Translations under genes and position numbers: made by a program
DNA from: Alloascoidea hylecoeti
Taxonomy: Eukaryota
Assembly: GCA_001600815.1 (NCBI GenBank)
Contig: BCKZ01000025.1
Span: forward strand, 1 to 64,000
Direction of reading: 5' to 3'
DNA length: 64,000 nt
Notes under the pieces: generated by a model
What the model saw: only the letters and a program-made list of their open reading frames with translations
Database searches by the model: none
Told to the model about the DNA's origin: nothing
Part shown: piece after piece, positions 1-10,776 of the stretch
Position numbering within the stretch: position 1 is the first letter of the stretch
Layout of the letters: every line of letters begins with the position of its first letter

Positions 1-375
1 AAGTCCAGGCTGATTCTTTTTCTCTATCCGATTTTAGTCTACAGGCATCATGATTATTCAATACCTGTGCAAGGTTATAAGGAATTAGAAAAGGTGAAAG
101 CATGGTGTCTTAAAATTATTTCATTGACCTCCGAGCTTGATAGTACTCAAAAAAGGTTTTTAATTGAATCTGGATTTCCGAATATTTGTAGGCTAATTTT
201 ATTTAACTGTGAAAATCGAAAACCTAATACCTATAGGTTTGCTGATTATAATCCAAGAACTACACCATTGGANTGGAAAATCTTAGATATGAACAGCCCT
301 AGGGGACTGGCTTCAAACCTCTTACATAGTCTAGATCTCATAGATATCATGGGGGAATTACCTAGACACAATTAA
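1..375 (+). CDS. 3' end of an unidentified ORF or pseudogene running in from the left edge
   Basis: Frame 1 is open from base 1 to TAA at 373-375; no recognisable motif; followed by TpA-rich sequence. Confidence 0.3.
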   Translation, partial: KSRLILFLYPILVYRHHDYSIPVQGYKELEKVKAWCLKIISLTSELDSTQKRFLIESGFPNICRLILFNCENRKPNTYRFADYNPRTTPLXWKILDMNSPRGLASNLLHSLDLIDIMGELPRHN

Positions 376-959
376 TGGTAATACATGAAAATATATGTTA
401 TTATTTGAAAAACTTCAATCGCAAATATATAAGTTATTATTTAGAGTAATATTATTGGCATTATATGCATAAGTTTCTTAAATAGAGAATTATAAACGAA
501 ATACTATATAGATTACTAAGATTAGTCTAAAATTGTGACTTGGTATATTGATATTAGTAATGATTTAATTGTCAGTTTTATCTCTGGTATTAATTGCTAT
601 TATAGCATTTTTATCCAGGTATAACTTATAATATTATAGCTGCTATGATCTTCTACGATGTGATCACCACTTTCAGTATGTTGTAAACCAGAAAATTTTA
701 AAGGTTGCTTCCTATTTATTGAATCTTTTATTTTTTATTAATTATAAGCTGTTCAATTCTTAATTTATTAAACCGCTACCATAAAGTTCTAAGTACCTGT
801 TTCCCCCAGTTACGCCAAAAAGCCAATCGACTTCTTGTGAACTATTCTAAGAGTGGTACTACTATCCAACATGACATATATTGTTTATTTTCTTATAAAA
901 AGATCTAGATGGAATAATGTTTGTTAAGCTTTATATATGTAAAAATTAATAGAACATTA

Positions 960-2458
960 TTATGTTGATGGTCTACCATAAAATCCCCATGAATATTGAC
1001 CAGCTTGATGAAGTCTAATACCTAATTCATCAGCCCAAGTCCAAACCAATCCTGGATTTCTTAAGAAATATCTTCCAACTAATATTAAATCAAGTCCATC
1101 TTGAAGTAATGATTCAGCCGTTTGTGGATCAATAATTTTTCCAACTGCTGAAACAAGTAATTTATCTCCAACAATTTTTTTAACCGCCAATGAATAATCT
1201 GCTTGATATGCTGTCTTTTTAGCATTTGCAATTTTTTGATATGGACTATTTCCAAATGCTGATACATCAAGAAGATCAACTTTACCTTCATTTGCCAATC
1301 TTAATGCTACTTTCTTAGTATCTTCCAAATCCCAAGACTCTGGAAATCTTTCTTTATCATACTCTAAACCTTCAGTAGCAGAAATACGGAAAAATAATGG
1401 TGTCGTTTTAGGAATAGCATCTCTAATACGATCAATAACTTCAAACATAAATCTTGTTCTATTCTCAAATGATCCTCCATATTTATCAGTTCTTTTATTT
1501 GAAACTGGTGATAAAAACTGATTAGTAAGATAACCATGAGCTCCATGAATTTCAATAACATCAAATCCAATATCTGTAGCTCTTTTAGCAGCTGAATAAA
1601 AATCATTTTCAATTCTTTTAATATCTTTTAATGATAATTCTTTAGGAATTGGAAATTGTTCTCCATAACTAATTGATGAAGGTGCAACCATTTCATCTGG
1701 CCAACCACCAGCTTCTTTAACAGATATATCTTTAAAACTAAGAAATGGTGCAACTATACTTCCTTTTCTACCTGAATGTTGTAATTGTACTCCAATATAT
1801 TGTCCTTGAGAATGAACAAAATCAACAATTTTTTTTAACTCTTTTTCTTGTTCATCATTCCAAAGTCCAAGATCTTCTGGTGAACATCTTCCTTCTGGAG
1901 AAACTGCAGTAGATTCAATAATTATAAGTGCAGCTCCACGGGTTGCATAAGAACCATAGAGTTGAAGATGCCAAGCAGCTGCAATACCATCTTTAGCTGA
2001 AGATTGCCCCATTGGTGAAACCTATTTATATTCATGTTAAAGGAAAGAATTAATAATCATCTATATTGTTCGTATGATTATGGTTACCTACTGCTAATCT
2101 GTTATGAAGAGTAATACCACGAATCTTCAATGGCTTGAAGAGCTTAGGTATCTCTACCCCAGTTGGTTGAGGAATAACCGCAGACCCAGGAGGTCCAACT
2201 ATAATTAAGAAACTTAATTGGTATTTCCAATATTCATAATATTTATGGAATATTGNTCTAATTACCTTGTTTTGGAGTGAAGTAAGGAAGCTAGATCAAG
2301 AAAATCTAGCGTTAGAGCTAGCGCTTCTATATCATTAATTGGTCACCACTATGCTAAGTACCAATATTGTATCATTATATCATACCTAACTATTAAATAT
2401 AACTTACACCTTCAGCACCTTCATTAACAATAATTTTTGCGCTTTCTTTAGCTGGCAT
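960..2458 (-). CDS. NADH:flavin oxidoreductase, Old Yellow Enzyme family (YqjM-like class); 4 exons: 2458-2408, 2290-2266, 2198-2092, 2021-960
   Basis: GT-AG introns join in frame to give MPAKESAKIIVNEGAEG-LPYFTPKQ-VGPPG...KLFKPLKIRGITLHNRLA-VSPM; motifs EIHGAHGYL, FLSPVSNKRTDKYGGSFENR, GRYFLRNP. Confidence 0.92.
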
Positions 2459-2989
2459 TGATATCTCAAACTAAATATTAATCTCGATATTGAAATTGAT
2501 AATGATTTTGAAAACAAGAGAAAATTGTATCCATTTATATAAAGATCACCCGGTATTCCTAATAGCATATTTCTATTACATTATTATTGTTCATCATATG
2601 CTTTATATCTATATTCGCGTGATAAACATTTGATTATGCACTTATATTTCATTCATTTTAATTCTATTAGTAATCATAAATTGTGTGCTCTTTTTGCTAA
2701 CAATATAGTTAAAGAACTGAGATTGATAATTAATTATATTACTCGATCAATTGAGAATTAAATTTATTAAATATCGTCTAAAAGAAGTATCTTCATGATG
2801 GTGTAATATTATTTATTGAGAAAATTCATAGAATTAAAGTTAAAAGCTAATCTAGTGCAATGGGGTAACTAAATAGTTCACTCTCTTTTTTACTCTCAAG
2901 CTACCAGAGAGGATGTATTCCTAATACATTATCACGGTGATATGATATAGATACCTGATAATTATGATCAAAAGATACTTCTTTAACTT

Positions 2990-3420
2990 TTGTGGAGGTA
3001 TGTATTTCTGTTTTGAGTGCAGTGTACAATTGCCTGGTGATGCATCAAAAAAGAAAAAAGTGCTGGTGATAAAATAATAACAACAAATTTCATTCCAGAT
3101 GTGATTTTAGATCGATTTAAAGAATATATTTCAAAGAAATTGACAAGAGCTTTCTCTAAAAGAGCTCTAAATGTTACGAAAAGAATTGTAGTGAAAGAAG
3201 AAAACAATGGTGTCTCTACTAAAGCCATGCCATTGAAGAGAAAACAATCGATATCTATTTACCAAAGGAAAAGGGTGCAACAAGAAGAAGTACTCGTAAT
3301 AAAAATAGGTCTGTATCTTACACTTATGATTCTGATGAAAATGAGGATTAATAAGGGGTAAATATAGAGGAAGAAGCTGATAGTGAGTGATGAAGAAATG
3401 GATGAGAGTATTTTGTAATA
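2990..3420 (+). pseudogene. Possible decayed ORF fragment, basic region followed by an acidic tail
   Basis: ORF piece ILDRFKEYISKKLTRAFSKR...PLKRKQ; in another frame SYTYDSDENED**GVNIEEEADSE; no ATG and no recognised family. Confidence 0.3.
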
Positions 3421-3634
3421 ATATATTATAGAAGTGGTAACTGCAATAAACTTGTTTCTGTTAACCTGTATTATGATGTTGGTAATTATTGACTCTCTCT
3501 GTAGATATGTATTCTCGTTGCAACTGTACCATACTGTAGTAATAGTCACATATCCCCATATCAATATAAATATAAATTACCACCATTGAAGAAGTAATCA
3601 TGAAGAATGAAATTCAAATTCAAAAATTCAAAAA

Positions 3635-3897
3635 AAAACATGGCATATATTATATTAATTAACAAAAAATCAACAACAAAAAGGAACAACCAACAACTCA
3701 TTAGAAAAAAAGGATTTAGTTTGCTCTTTAAAAATACTCATTTAATTACTCTTTACTCATCACCAAAATAATATCTTTAATATAAAAATATATTTTAAAT
3801 TTTGTTTTATTTTATGAGTTGTTGGTTGTTCCTTTTCCTGATATTGATTTTTTTAATTTAAATCTGTTTATTTTTCACCACATTACCCCATGTTTTA
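3635..3897. repeat. Inverted repeat / foldback (MITE-like relic)
   Basis: Perfect 23-bp arms AAAAGGAACAACCAACAACTCAT (3679-3701) and its reverse complement (3814-3836); degenerate complementarity extends outward. Confidence 0.7.
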
Positions 3898-4250
3898 AAC
3901 AAAAAGTATAGGTATATATCGCTCTGAATTTATTAGAGTATTTTCTTTTAATCTTGTTTAAAAAAGTATTGTCATTTATTATATAAATTGATTGTTCTTC
4001 TTCATTTTCTTTTCATTGTTTATTGGGTATATCAAAAGTAATAGTTCGTGTTTTTCTTTGGTATTTCAAGTTCTCTTTATCAGTTTGCAATTGGTACATT
4101 TTCTACATTTTAAAATGATTTTTGAGGTTGCAATTAGACTAGCTATTAAGTTTATAGATTATAATCTATAGTTTATATAAGGTATAGTGTAATATTCATA
4201 AAATAAAATAAAATAAAGTAAAATCATAAAAAAAAAATAGTGAATTATGG

Positions 4251-5573
4251 TTATGGATTTAATCTTCTTCTTTTTCTTCCTTCCTCTCCCATTGTTTCTT
4301 CCCTTTCTTCTATTATTACTGCTGGGTATTCTTTTGCTTTTAATGCTTCTTCCCTGAGTTGGTATAATTTTCCCTCATCCCTTTTGCTTTGAATATCAGT
4401 AGTTCTTGTTTTATCTCCTTTAGCTGTGCTACTTAAACCAAAATCGAAAAAGTACACACCTTGTTTATCTGTTACCCTTATGTTTGGGAGTCTAATGTCT
4501 CCATGAGTTATGTCAACATCGTGTAACTTTTTCAAATTTGACATTGCCTTTTCGTATATTTTATCATCTGAAAAATCAGGTTCCTTACCATCAATGTAAT
4601 CTAGTAACAAGAATAATCCTGCACTAACGGTTTCACCATTATCACCAAATAAGGTACAAAAACTTATTCCATGAAGCTTAGGCACTATGTTCTCTAAATT
4701 TGTTTTTTCTAATAACACCATATAGATTCGTAGTTCATCTTTGTAATAATTGTAACAAGGTTCAGCCAACTTAATCAATCTTTTGTTGTTACAAACAGCA
4801 AGGACCGGGTCAATCCACTTAATAATATATTCACGTCCGCTTATAAGGTGAAAGGAATTGCTATTAGTCGCCTCATAAAACTGCTGTGATGAACAACGCA
4901 GTACCTGTGAATGACAACGTTCATCTGGAAGCTTGGAAAGCTGAATCCGATCTGTTTCTTGAAAAGAACTGAATTTTATCCTTAAACCCATATCCCTTGT
5001 GATGTCTACATTTTCAGATTCCTCAGATAATAAAAAATGATCTTTCATCTTATCTCGAGATTCATTTTCAGCGATGATGGTTTCTTCGACCGATTTCTCT
5101 AACCAATTCGCAAAATGTTGTAATTTTTCTTTTACTTTTACTCTAGTGTGAATATTGAAAAAGTCAATTGCTTTTTTTACCATTTTTTCTAATTGAGGTA
5201 TTTTCATATCAATAGTGATAATATCAGGGTTATTTTTATTAGAAATAGTAAAATCTGATCTTGTTGATATATTTCTTTTTCTAGTTCCCATCATTGGCTT
5301 TCCAGGTTTTTCTCTGTGCAAAGTTAAACCGGATTCAGTTATTCTATTGTAAAAACGAATACCAGGATCAAGCACAAGCAAATTAGTACTTATAAAAGCA
5401 GATATATCTGATTCGGAAAATCTTTCTTGAGGGCCAAGTTTGACATCCAATATACCACCCAAGATTTTACACATTGCCGTTTTTACTCTAGGGCCATCTA
5501 ATTGCAATAATGCTGTCTCCAACCAATTACTTTCTGCTTCGAAGTTGAAATGAAGTTGTGTAAAAATAATCAC
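4251..5573 (-). CDS. Intronless protein with a C-terminal protein-kinase-like domain and a possible N-terminal PD-(D/E)xK-type domain; first in-frame ATG at 5474
   Basis: Kinase-like motifs YIIKW, DELRIY, VPKLHG, LLLDYIDG, HGDIRLPN, FFDFGLS; RSDFTI...IITIDMK pattern; C-terminal RKRRRL basic cluster. Confidence 0.75.
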   Translation of the reverse strand: MIIFTQLHFNFEAESNWLETALLQLDGPRVKTAMCKILGGILDVKLGPQERFSESDISAFISTNLLVLDPGIRFYNRITESGLTLHREKPGKPMMGTRKRNISTRSDFTISNKNNPDIITIDMKIPQLEKMVKKAIDFFNIHTRVKVKEKLQHFANWLEKSVEETIIAENESRDKMKDHFLLSEESENVDITRDMGLRIKFSSFQETDRIQLSKLPDERCHSQVLRCSSQQFYEATNSNSFHLISGREYIIKWIDPVLAVCNNKRLIKLAEPCYNYYKDELRIYMVLLEKTNLENIVPKLHGISFCTLFGDNGETVSAGLFLLLDYIDGKEPDFSDDKIYEKAMSNLKKLHDVDITHGDIRLPNIRVTDKQGVYFFDFGLSSTAKGDKTRTTDIQSKRDEGKLYQLREEALKAKEYPAVIIEEREETMGEEGRKRRRLNP

Positions 5574-6924
5574 CCATTTGATTTATCTTGGAACTAGTGT
5601 TAACACTAGCAGCACTACTTGATTTATCTATATTTGGCATACCATTATACCCAGTTAGAAACAATCCTGTCATGAGTAAATTGGTTTTGTAACACAAGTG
5701 AACTGCTATTGACGAGTATACTTTCTTCAGTAAGCGNCATCAACTCATTTAAATTTTCCTCNTTTCTAAGGATAGCTGATGCCTATTTTCACTGAATGTT
5801 TTCTCAATTTCATCGCTGTACTGTTTGAATTTGTCTGTAGCAGTCTCCATGGCCATATTAATCACTATAGAAGTAACTGGAAATCTGTCTATTACCCGGG
5901 CTTTACTTATAAAAACAGCATGTTAATGTTAAGACCAGTGAACTCCAAAGACTCTCTATAATTCCCTGTATACTTGTAAAAACGCATGCATACGGGATAT
6001 AGACGGCCTTTTCTAAATGAGAGGAGGAACAAAAGGAACTGATATGATCCAAAGATAGACTAGAGTGGTCTCATGATGTTTGGGGTTGTGTTGTATTCGG
6101 TTATCAATGTTGGGTCGCTACAGGATGCGGGTCTGGGAAAGTATGTGGTCCAATTGGTAACTTGTTGTAGATTAAAGATTTTCAATTGTAGAGACCAAAA
6201 ACTTGTTATACTGAATTCTCTATTCAAAAATATACTTCCTAGTTTAAAATCATGTCTAAATCTTCCCATCAAAACTTGTAAATGGTATATCCCTTACTTA
6301 CAAGTTTTGTGTGTGTACCGAGTGCGTCGCATGCGACATTTTGCTTGTGCCACCTGCCTAAATACATATGCATATTATACTATTTCTTCATATAGTAATC
6401 TGTACAGTTGCATGCATATTCATTAAGACATTGACGCCACCATAGTCATAGTTAGGATATAGATTAATCTAGATCTTACTTTAGTAATGATCTGACGTAA
6501 TAAATTTAACGGGGATACCGCTATAATTTAAGACATCATTCCTAGAATTTCTTACTCATAATTTGTAGTTTGAAAATCCGTAAAAAGCTGTACGAAAAGT
6601 TCAACTTTTGTCGATTGTTTAACATTTATTTCTATTATTATAATTAGTGTATTATATTATATCTTTCAAAAAATTCAAACATTATAGGTAATAGTGAAGT
6701 ATATGATAAATTATATAAATAGATGTATAGGAAAATAGATAAAGTACAACTTGTATCGAACATGAATAGAAAAAACAAACAACCAAACAATTATAAAAAA
6801 GAACCATTATATTTATATACCTTTTTTAATATCTATCTATAGGTAAAAGATATTAAAAACGTGTGTTAGTGCCCCAGGTATATCATCAAAAAATAACAAA
6901 ATAAATTCCAAAACCATTAACATA

Positions 6925-8259
6925 TTAATAATTTATATAATCAGGACTACCTTTTGCCTCTTTCATCAATTTTGTTACCATTCTATTCTTTAATCCATGT
7001 TTAACTCTTAAATGTCTACTTAAAGCGTCACCTCTTGAAAAAGTTTTAATGATATCTTTACCTTTTTTTAATGCATCACCTTCACAAACTTTACAATGAA
7101 AGACTCTTCTGTGTGATGCATGAACAGTATCTTGATGTCTTATTAAATCATAGGGTCTTGAGAAATGTCTCATACACGGTAATTTTGTAGTTGGATGGAT
7201 TAAATGACATGTATGATCATCAACTGGTGTTAATATAGTGTGATTTGATAAAGTTTTAGTTTCTGGATCTGGTGAGATTATAAAATTGTTGGAGTTAGAT
7301 GACATTGATTGATTATTTTGATTATGATTTTGATTATGATTTTGATTATGATTTATATTTGAAAAGGAATGCTTTGGTATAACTGGTGGATAATATTCAG
7401 GATCATCTTTATCTGTTTGTGGAGAATTTTCAGGTGATGTGAAATCCATACTAAAATCTAAATCGGGAGAAGAGTTTGATATTTGATAGGTAGTACTTGA
7501 TTGTAAATTTGAATTTGAATTTAAATGTGGTTGTGATTGAGATTGAGCTTGTAATTGATTTAAAAAGTCATCATGTATCTGTATTTGATTATTTTGTATC
7601 ATAGGAGAAAAATGTAAATCAATTTGTTTCATTTCAAAAGAGACAGGTGTATTAACAATATCATGAGTCGATTCGGGTAATGGCGAACTATATAAATCTT
7701 CATGTGATGAATGATTCATTGAATTTATATTCATATTTATATCATTCATCAAGATATGGTCATTTAAATTATTCGAGAAAGATCTAGAAGAATCATCCAA
7801 AACATTATTATGAATATCTTCAATATCTTCTAAAAAATCTAATTCATATTCATCACCGTCATCACCTTCATCATCTGTTTCATCATCTTCCACGTCTTCC
7901 GGCAGATCGTAAAAATTTATAGAAGGGAAAAGAGGAAGTAGAGCATCATCTTTCTGGACGTCATTCGTCAAGCCGTCAGAAGGAAGTTGTATCATCTGAG
8001 GTTGTATGAACTGTTTAGGCTGGATCTGGAAGTCCTGTGATTGTTCAGGAAAGAGAGAGATATTGGGACAGTCTTTGAACAGGTCGTCCTGCGGGTCGAT
8101 ATCTAAAAGATTTGTGCACGTGTTTGTGTTTGTGTTTGTGTTTGTGGACGGCTGGGAGGAAGGCTGCGGGTGGCTGAGGACGTCTAGGAGCGAGAAAAGG
8201 TCATCGCCAAATAGGTCAGGGACAGGGAGCTGAGCAGGAAGAGGAGCGAAAGAAGACAT
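6925..8259 (-). CDS. RPN4: Proteasome transcription factor Rpn4 (C2H2 zinc finger)
   Basis: CHLIHPTTKLPCMRHFSRPYDLIRHQDTVH and CKVC...KTFSRGDALSRHLRVKH match the Rpn4 fingers; acidic N-terminal region. Confidence 0.9.
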   Translation of the reverse strand: MSSFAPLPAQLPVPDLFGDDLFSLLDVLSHPQPSSQPSTNTNTNTNTCTNLLDIDPQDDLFKDCPNISLFPEQSQDFQIQPKQFIQPQMIQLPSDGLTNDVQKDDALLPLFPSINFYDLPEDVEDDETDDEGDDGDEYELDFLEDIEDIHNNVLDDSSRSFSNNLNDHILMNDINMNINSMNHSSHEDLYSSPLPESTHDIVNTPVSFEMKQIDLHFSPMIQNNQIQIHDDFLNQLQAQSQSQPHLNSNSNLQSSTTYQISNSSPDLDFSMDFTSPENSPQTDKDDPEYYPPVIPKHSFSNINHNQNHNQNHNQNNQSMSSNSNNFIISPDPETKTLSNHTILTPVDDHTCHLIHPTTKLPCMRHFSRPYDLIRHQDTVHASHRRVFHCKVCEGDALKKGKDIIKTFSRGDALSRHLRVKHGLKNRMVTKLMKEAKGSPDYINY

Positions 8260-8344
8260 GAATAATGCTTAGGGAGCATTTGGAGCAGACGCAATGGGTT
8301 ATATATTGTGCCCTATCGGTCTTAGCGGACAATTTTAAGGGTAA

Positions 8345-8353
8345 TTTGCCACC
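8345..8353 (-). promoter_or_regulatory. PACE element (GGTGGCAAA), Rpn4 binding site, in the RPN4 promoter
   Basis: TTTGCCACC on + is the exact PACE consensus on -, about 86 bp upstream of the RPN4 ATG. Confidence 0.7.
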
Positions 8354-8420
8354 ATATGCGGTGGTGCATCTGCATGCATCATTGAATGGAGGCTGTGGGA
8401 AAGCAGGGTAACAGCGCGTG

Positions 8421-8458
8421 TTACGTAATGTATTACTAGTATTATGATATGAAAATTC
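8421..8458. promoter_or_regulatory. Yap-type sites (TTACGTAA 8421-8428, TTACTAG 8433-8439) and partial HSE (GAAAATTC 8451-8458) upstream of RPN4
   Basis: Motif matches within the ~200-bp intergenic region. Confidence 0.45.
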
Positions 8459-8462
8459 TAAA

Positions 8463-8851
8463 TTAATTAATTTTTTTGCTTTTGGCCTTTTTTGCCTTTT
8501 TGAAACTGCCTTTAACATTAAACACAATAGAACTTTTCTTCCCGTTTGTCTTTCGTTGGTATTTCTTATTATTTTTGGTTCGTGCTGGAAGTGCCTTACT
8601 ATCAACAACCATTGCTATATGATAATGAATAGTTAGAATTTATTTGCACTGGCTACTGCTTATCTTTCAAACATACCTTCTGTATCACCTGTTTTACCTT
8701 CTTCTTCCCGTGTAATTTTGTCTGCTTCATGTTGTGCTGCTAACCTCTCTGAAATACGTAATTCTCTCTCTTCATATTTGGGTTTAAATACCGCCTTTAG
8801 TTTAATAGACTTGGTCCTCAGTTTAGATTTTGATCGTAATGATTTGGCCAT
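8463..8851 (-). CDS. Small basic nucleolar protein, YBL028C/DUF2423 family; exons 8851-8677, 8614-8463
   Basis: N-terminus MAKSLRSKSKLRTKSIKLKAVF; intron 8676-8615 (GTATGT...TCTAAC...TAG) restores a Lys-rich C-terminus; divergent from RPL19 as YBL028C is from RPL19B. Confidence 0.85.
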
Positions 8852-9195
8852 TTTAAATATTTTGATAGTTTGAAAATTTAAAATCTTTGAAAATTAAATA
8901 ACTATAATTAACAATTTTTTACAAATTTCCCTGAAGATCACATGGCTCTGCGTTTGTCTGCACATAGGGCCAGACCCTCACTCATCCCACTTCATCCCAC
9001 AGCATGCTCAAAATTACCTCCATAATCACGTTAACTACCACACACGCTAAGTAATACTCAGCACACCAATAATAAGCAACTCTTATGAGTAAAGAAGTAG
9101 CGTAATATCAACCTAAAATTAGTATATAATAAAGTGACTTTCTTCTTTAAAATTTGCCAAACAGCATCATTAAATTAAATAGTCAACGATAAGAA

Positions 9196-10114
9196 ATGTA
9201 AGTGGATTAAACAAACGAATACGATTAAATGGAATAGAATGGATAATTTGAAGAAATCATGGGAGATAACAAAAAATGAGAAACTAGAAACAACATTTAA
9301 TCAATTAATTTCATATTCAACTGTCAATCAACAATAATCAATAATTAATACTCAAAATTGATCCATATATATATATATGATGAAATTCAAATTAGTCTCT
9401 ATAAACAATATCATGAATCATTTACCCAATTCTTATTTCAATACTAAATCTCTCAAATCCCCATTTTCTCGAATCTCTAATCAATGAATCCATCACCTCT
9501 CACTTTTCCTGTAAATAAATTACGTTATTTCTAACTTATATATTTATAGGCCAAATTTATCTACTCAAAAACGTCTTGCCGCCAGCGTCTTAAAAGTTGG
9601 TGAGCGAAAAGTCTGGCTCGATCCAAGCGAAACAACCGAAATCGGTAACGCCAATTCCCGTCAATCAATCAAAAAATTAGTTGCAAACGGTTACATTATC
9701 GCCAAACCACAAACCGTCCATTCCCGCTCCCGTGCAAGAGCACTTGCTGAATCAAAGCGTAATGGTCGTCATACTGGTCAAGGTAAAAGAAAAGGTACAA
9801 GAGAAGCCCGTTTCCCATCTCAAGTTTTATGGATGCGTCGTATTAGAGTATTAAGAAGATTATTAGCCAAATATCGTGCAAGTGGTAAAATTGATAAACA
9901 TTTATATCATGAATTATATAAAATGGTTAAAGGTAATGCTTTTAAACATAAAAGACAAGTTATTGAACATGTTATTAAAGCAAAAGCTGAATCTTTAAGA
10001 GCTAAACATTTAGCTGATGAAGCTGATTCTCGTCGTTTAAGAAATAAAGCTGCAAGAGAAAGAAGAGCTGAAAGAATTGCTGCTAAGAGAGCTGCCTTAC
10101 TTGAAGATAATTAA
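9196..10114 (+). CDS. RPL19: 60S ribosomal protein L19 (eL19); exon 1 is AT (9196-9197), intron 9198-9549, exon 2 9550-10114
   Basis: Spliced product [26 protein letters not shown]...[12 protein letters not shown]; the intron splits the ATG (GTAAGT...TCTAAC...TAG). Confidence 0.96.
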
Positions 10115-10309
10115 TTTCCATAATTTTAAATAATCAAAATAACAGTAATACACTATATATTATAATGTTTCCAATTATATATTTCATTTTTGTTTGTGTT
10201 TCAAGACTCCCATGTTCGCTAGGTCTCTCGTACACTCAAGTTCAAGTTTGTCAAAACAATATAAATTTATTTGATATTCTGTATAAGCTACTTACTTATC
10301 CTGATAAAT

Positions 10310-10527
10310 TCTTCTACCACTATGTTACACTCCGGTTCGTGATGATATTCGGCCAAAGGACTCCACACTGTCCCCGATGCTCATCATATTCTAAATCACG
10401 TTTTCTATCCACAAGGGTTAAATGGGTCGATCCAGTGTTTGGTTTAAGTATTGGGCTCAATACGACTTCTTGTCATGGTTTGACTATGGCCACTTTCTTG
10501 TCTCTTGATGAAAGAGATCTGAGGTTC
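10310..10527 (+). ncRNA. Candidate box C/D snoRNA
   Basis: TATAAA 10260-10265; box C GTGATGA 10339-10345; box D CTGA 10519-10522; GC-elevated with internal hairpins; no credible ORF. Confidence 0.45.
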
Positions 10528-10687
10528 CTTTTTGATTTTACTATTGTTGATGGTTGTGGAGTAGTAAAAAAGACTACGGGATTTACGTTCTTGGAGAAGG
10601 ATGTGCGAAAGTATTGGCCTCCTATAAGGCCTTATATTTGTAAGACTTTCCGATACATCTGTCTTTAACTTCCGGTAATAATTTTCA

Positions 10688-10706
10688 GAATTTTCTAGAG
10701 ACTTTC
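10688..10706 (+). promoter_or_regulatory. Heat shock element-like site upstream of FES1
   Basis: GAAttTTCtaGAGacTTT just before TATAAAA; fits an Hsp70 co-chaperone gene. Confidence 0.55.
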
Positions 10707-10776
10707 ATCATCAAATATAAAAGTTTAAGTAAACCTCTTCTCTTCCATAGAAACAAAATAAAAAAATAAAGTAAAA

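Noticed and set aside
8216..8608. 130-aa ORF on -
   Set aside because: Out-of-frame overlap with exon 2 of the YBL028C-like gene and the RPN4 promoter
10165..10668. 167-aa ORF on +
   Set aside because: No recognisable motif, atypical composition, starts ~50 bp after the RPL19 stop; an ncRNA explains the region better
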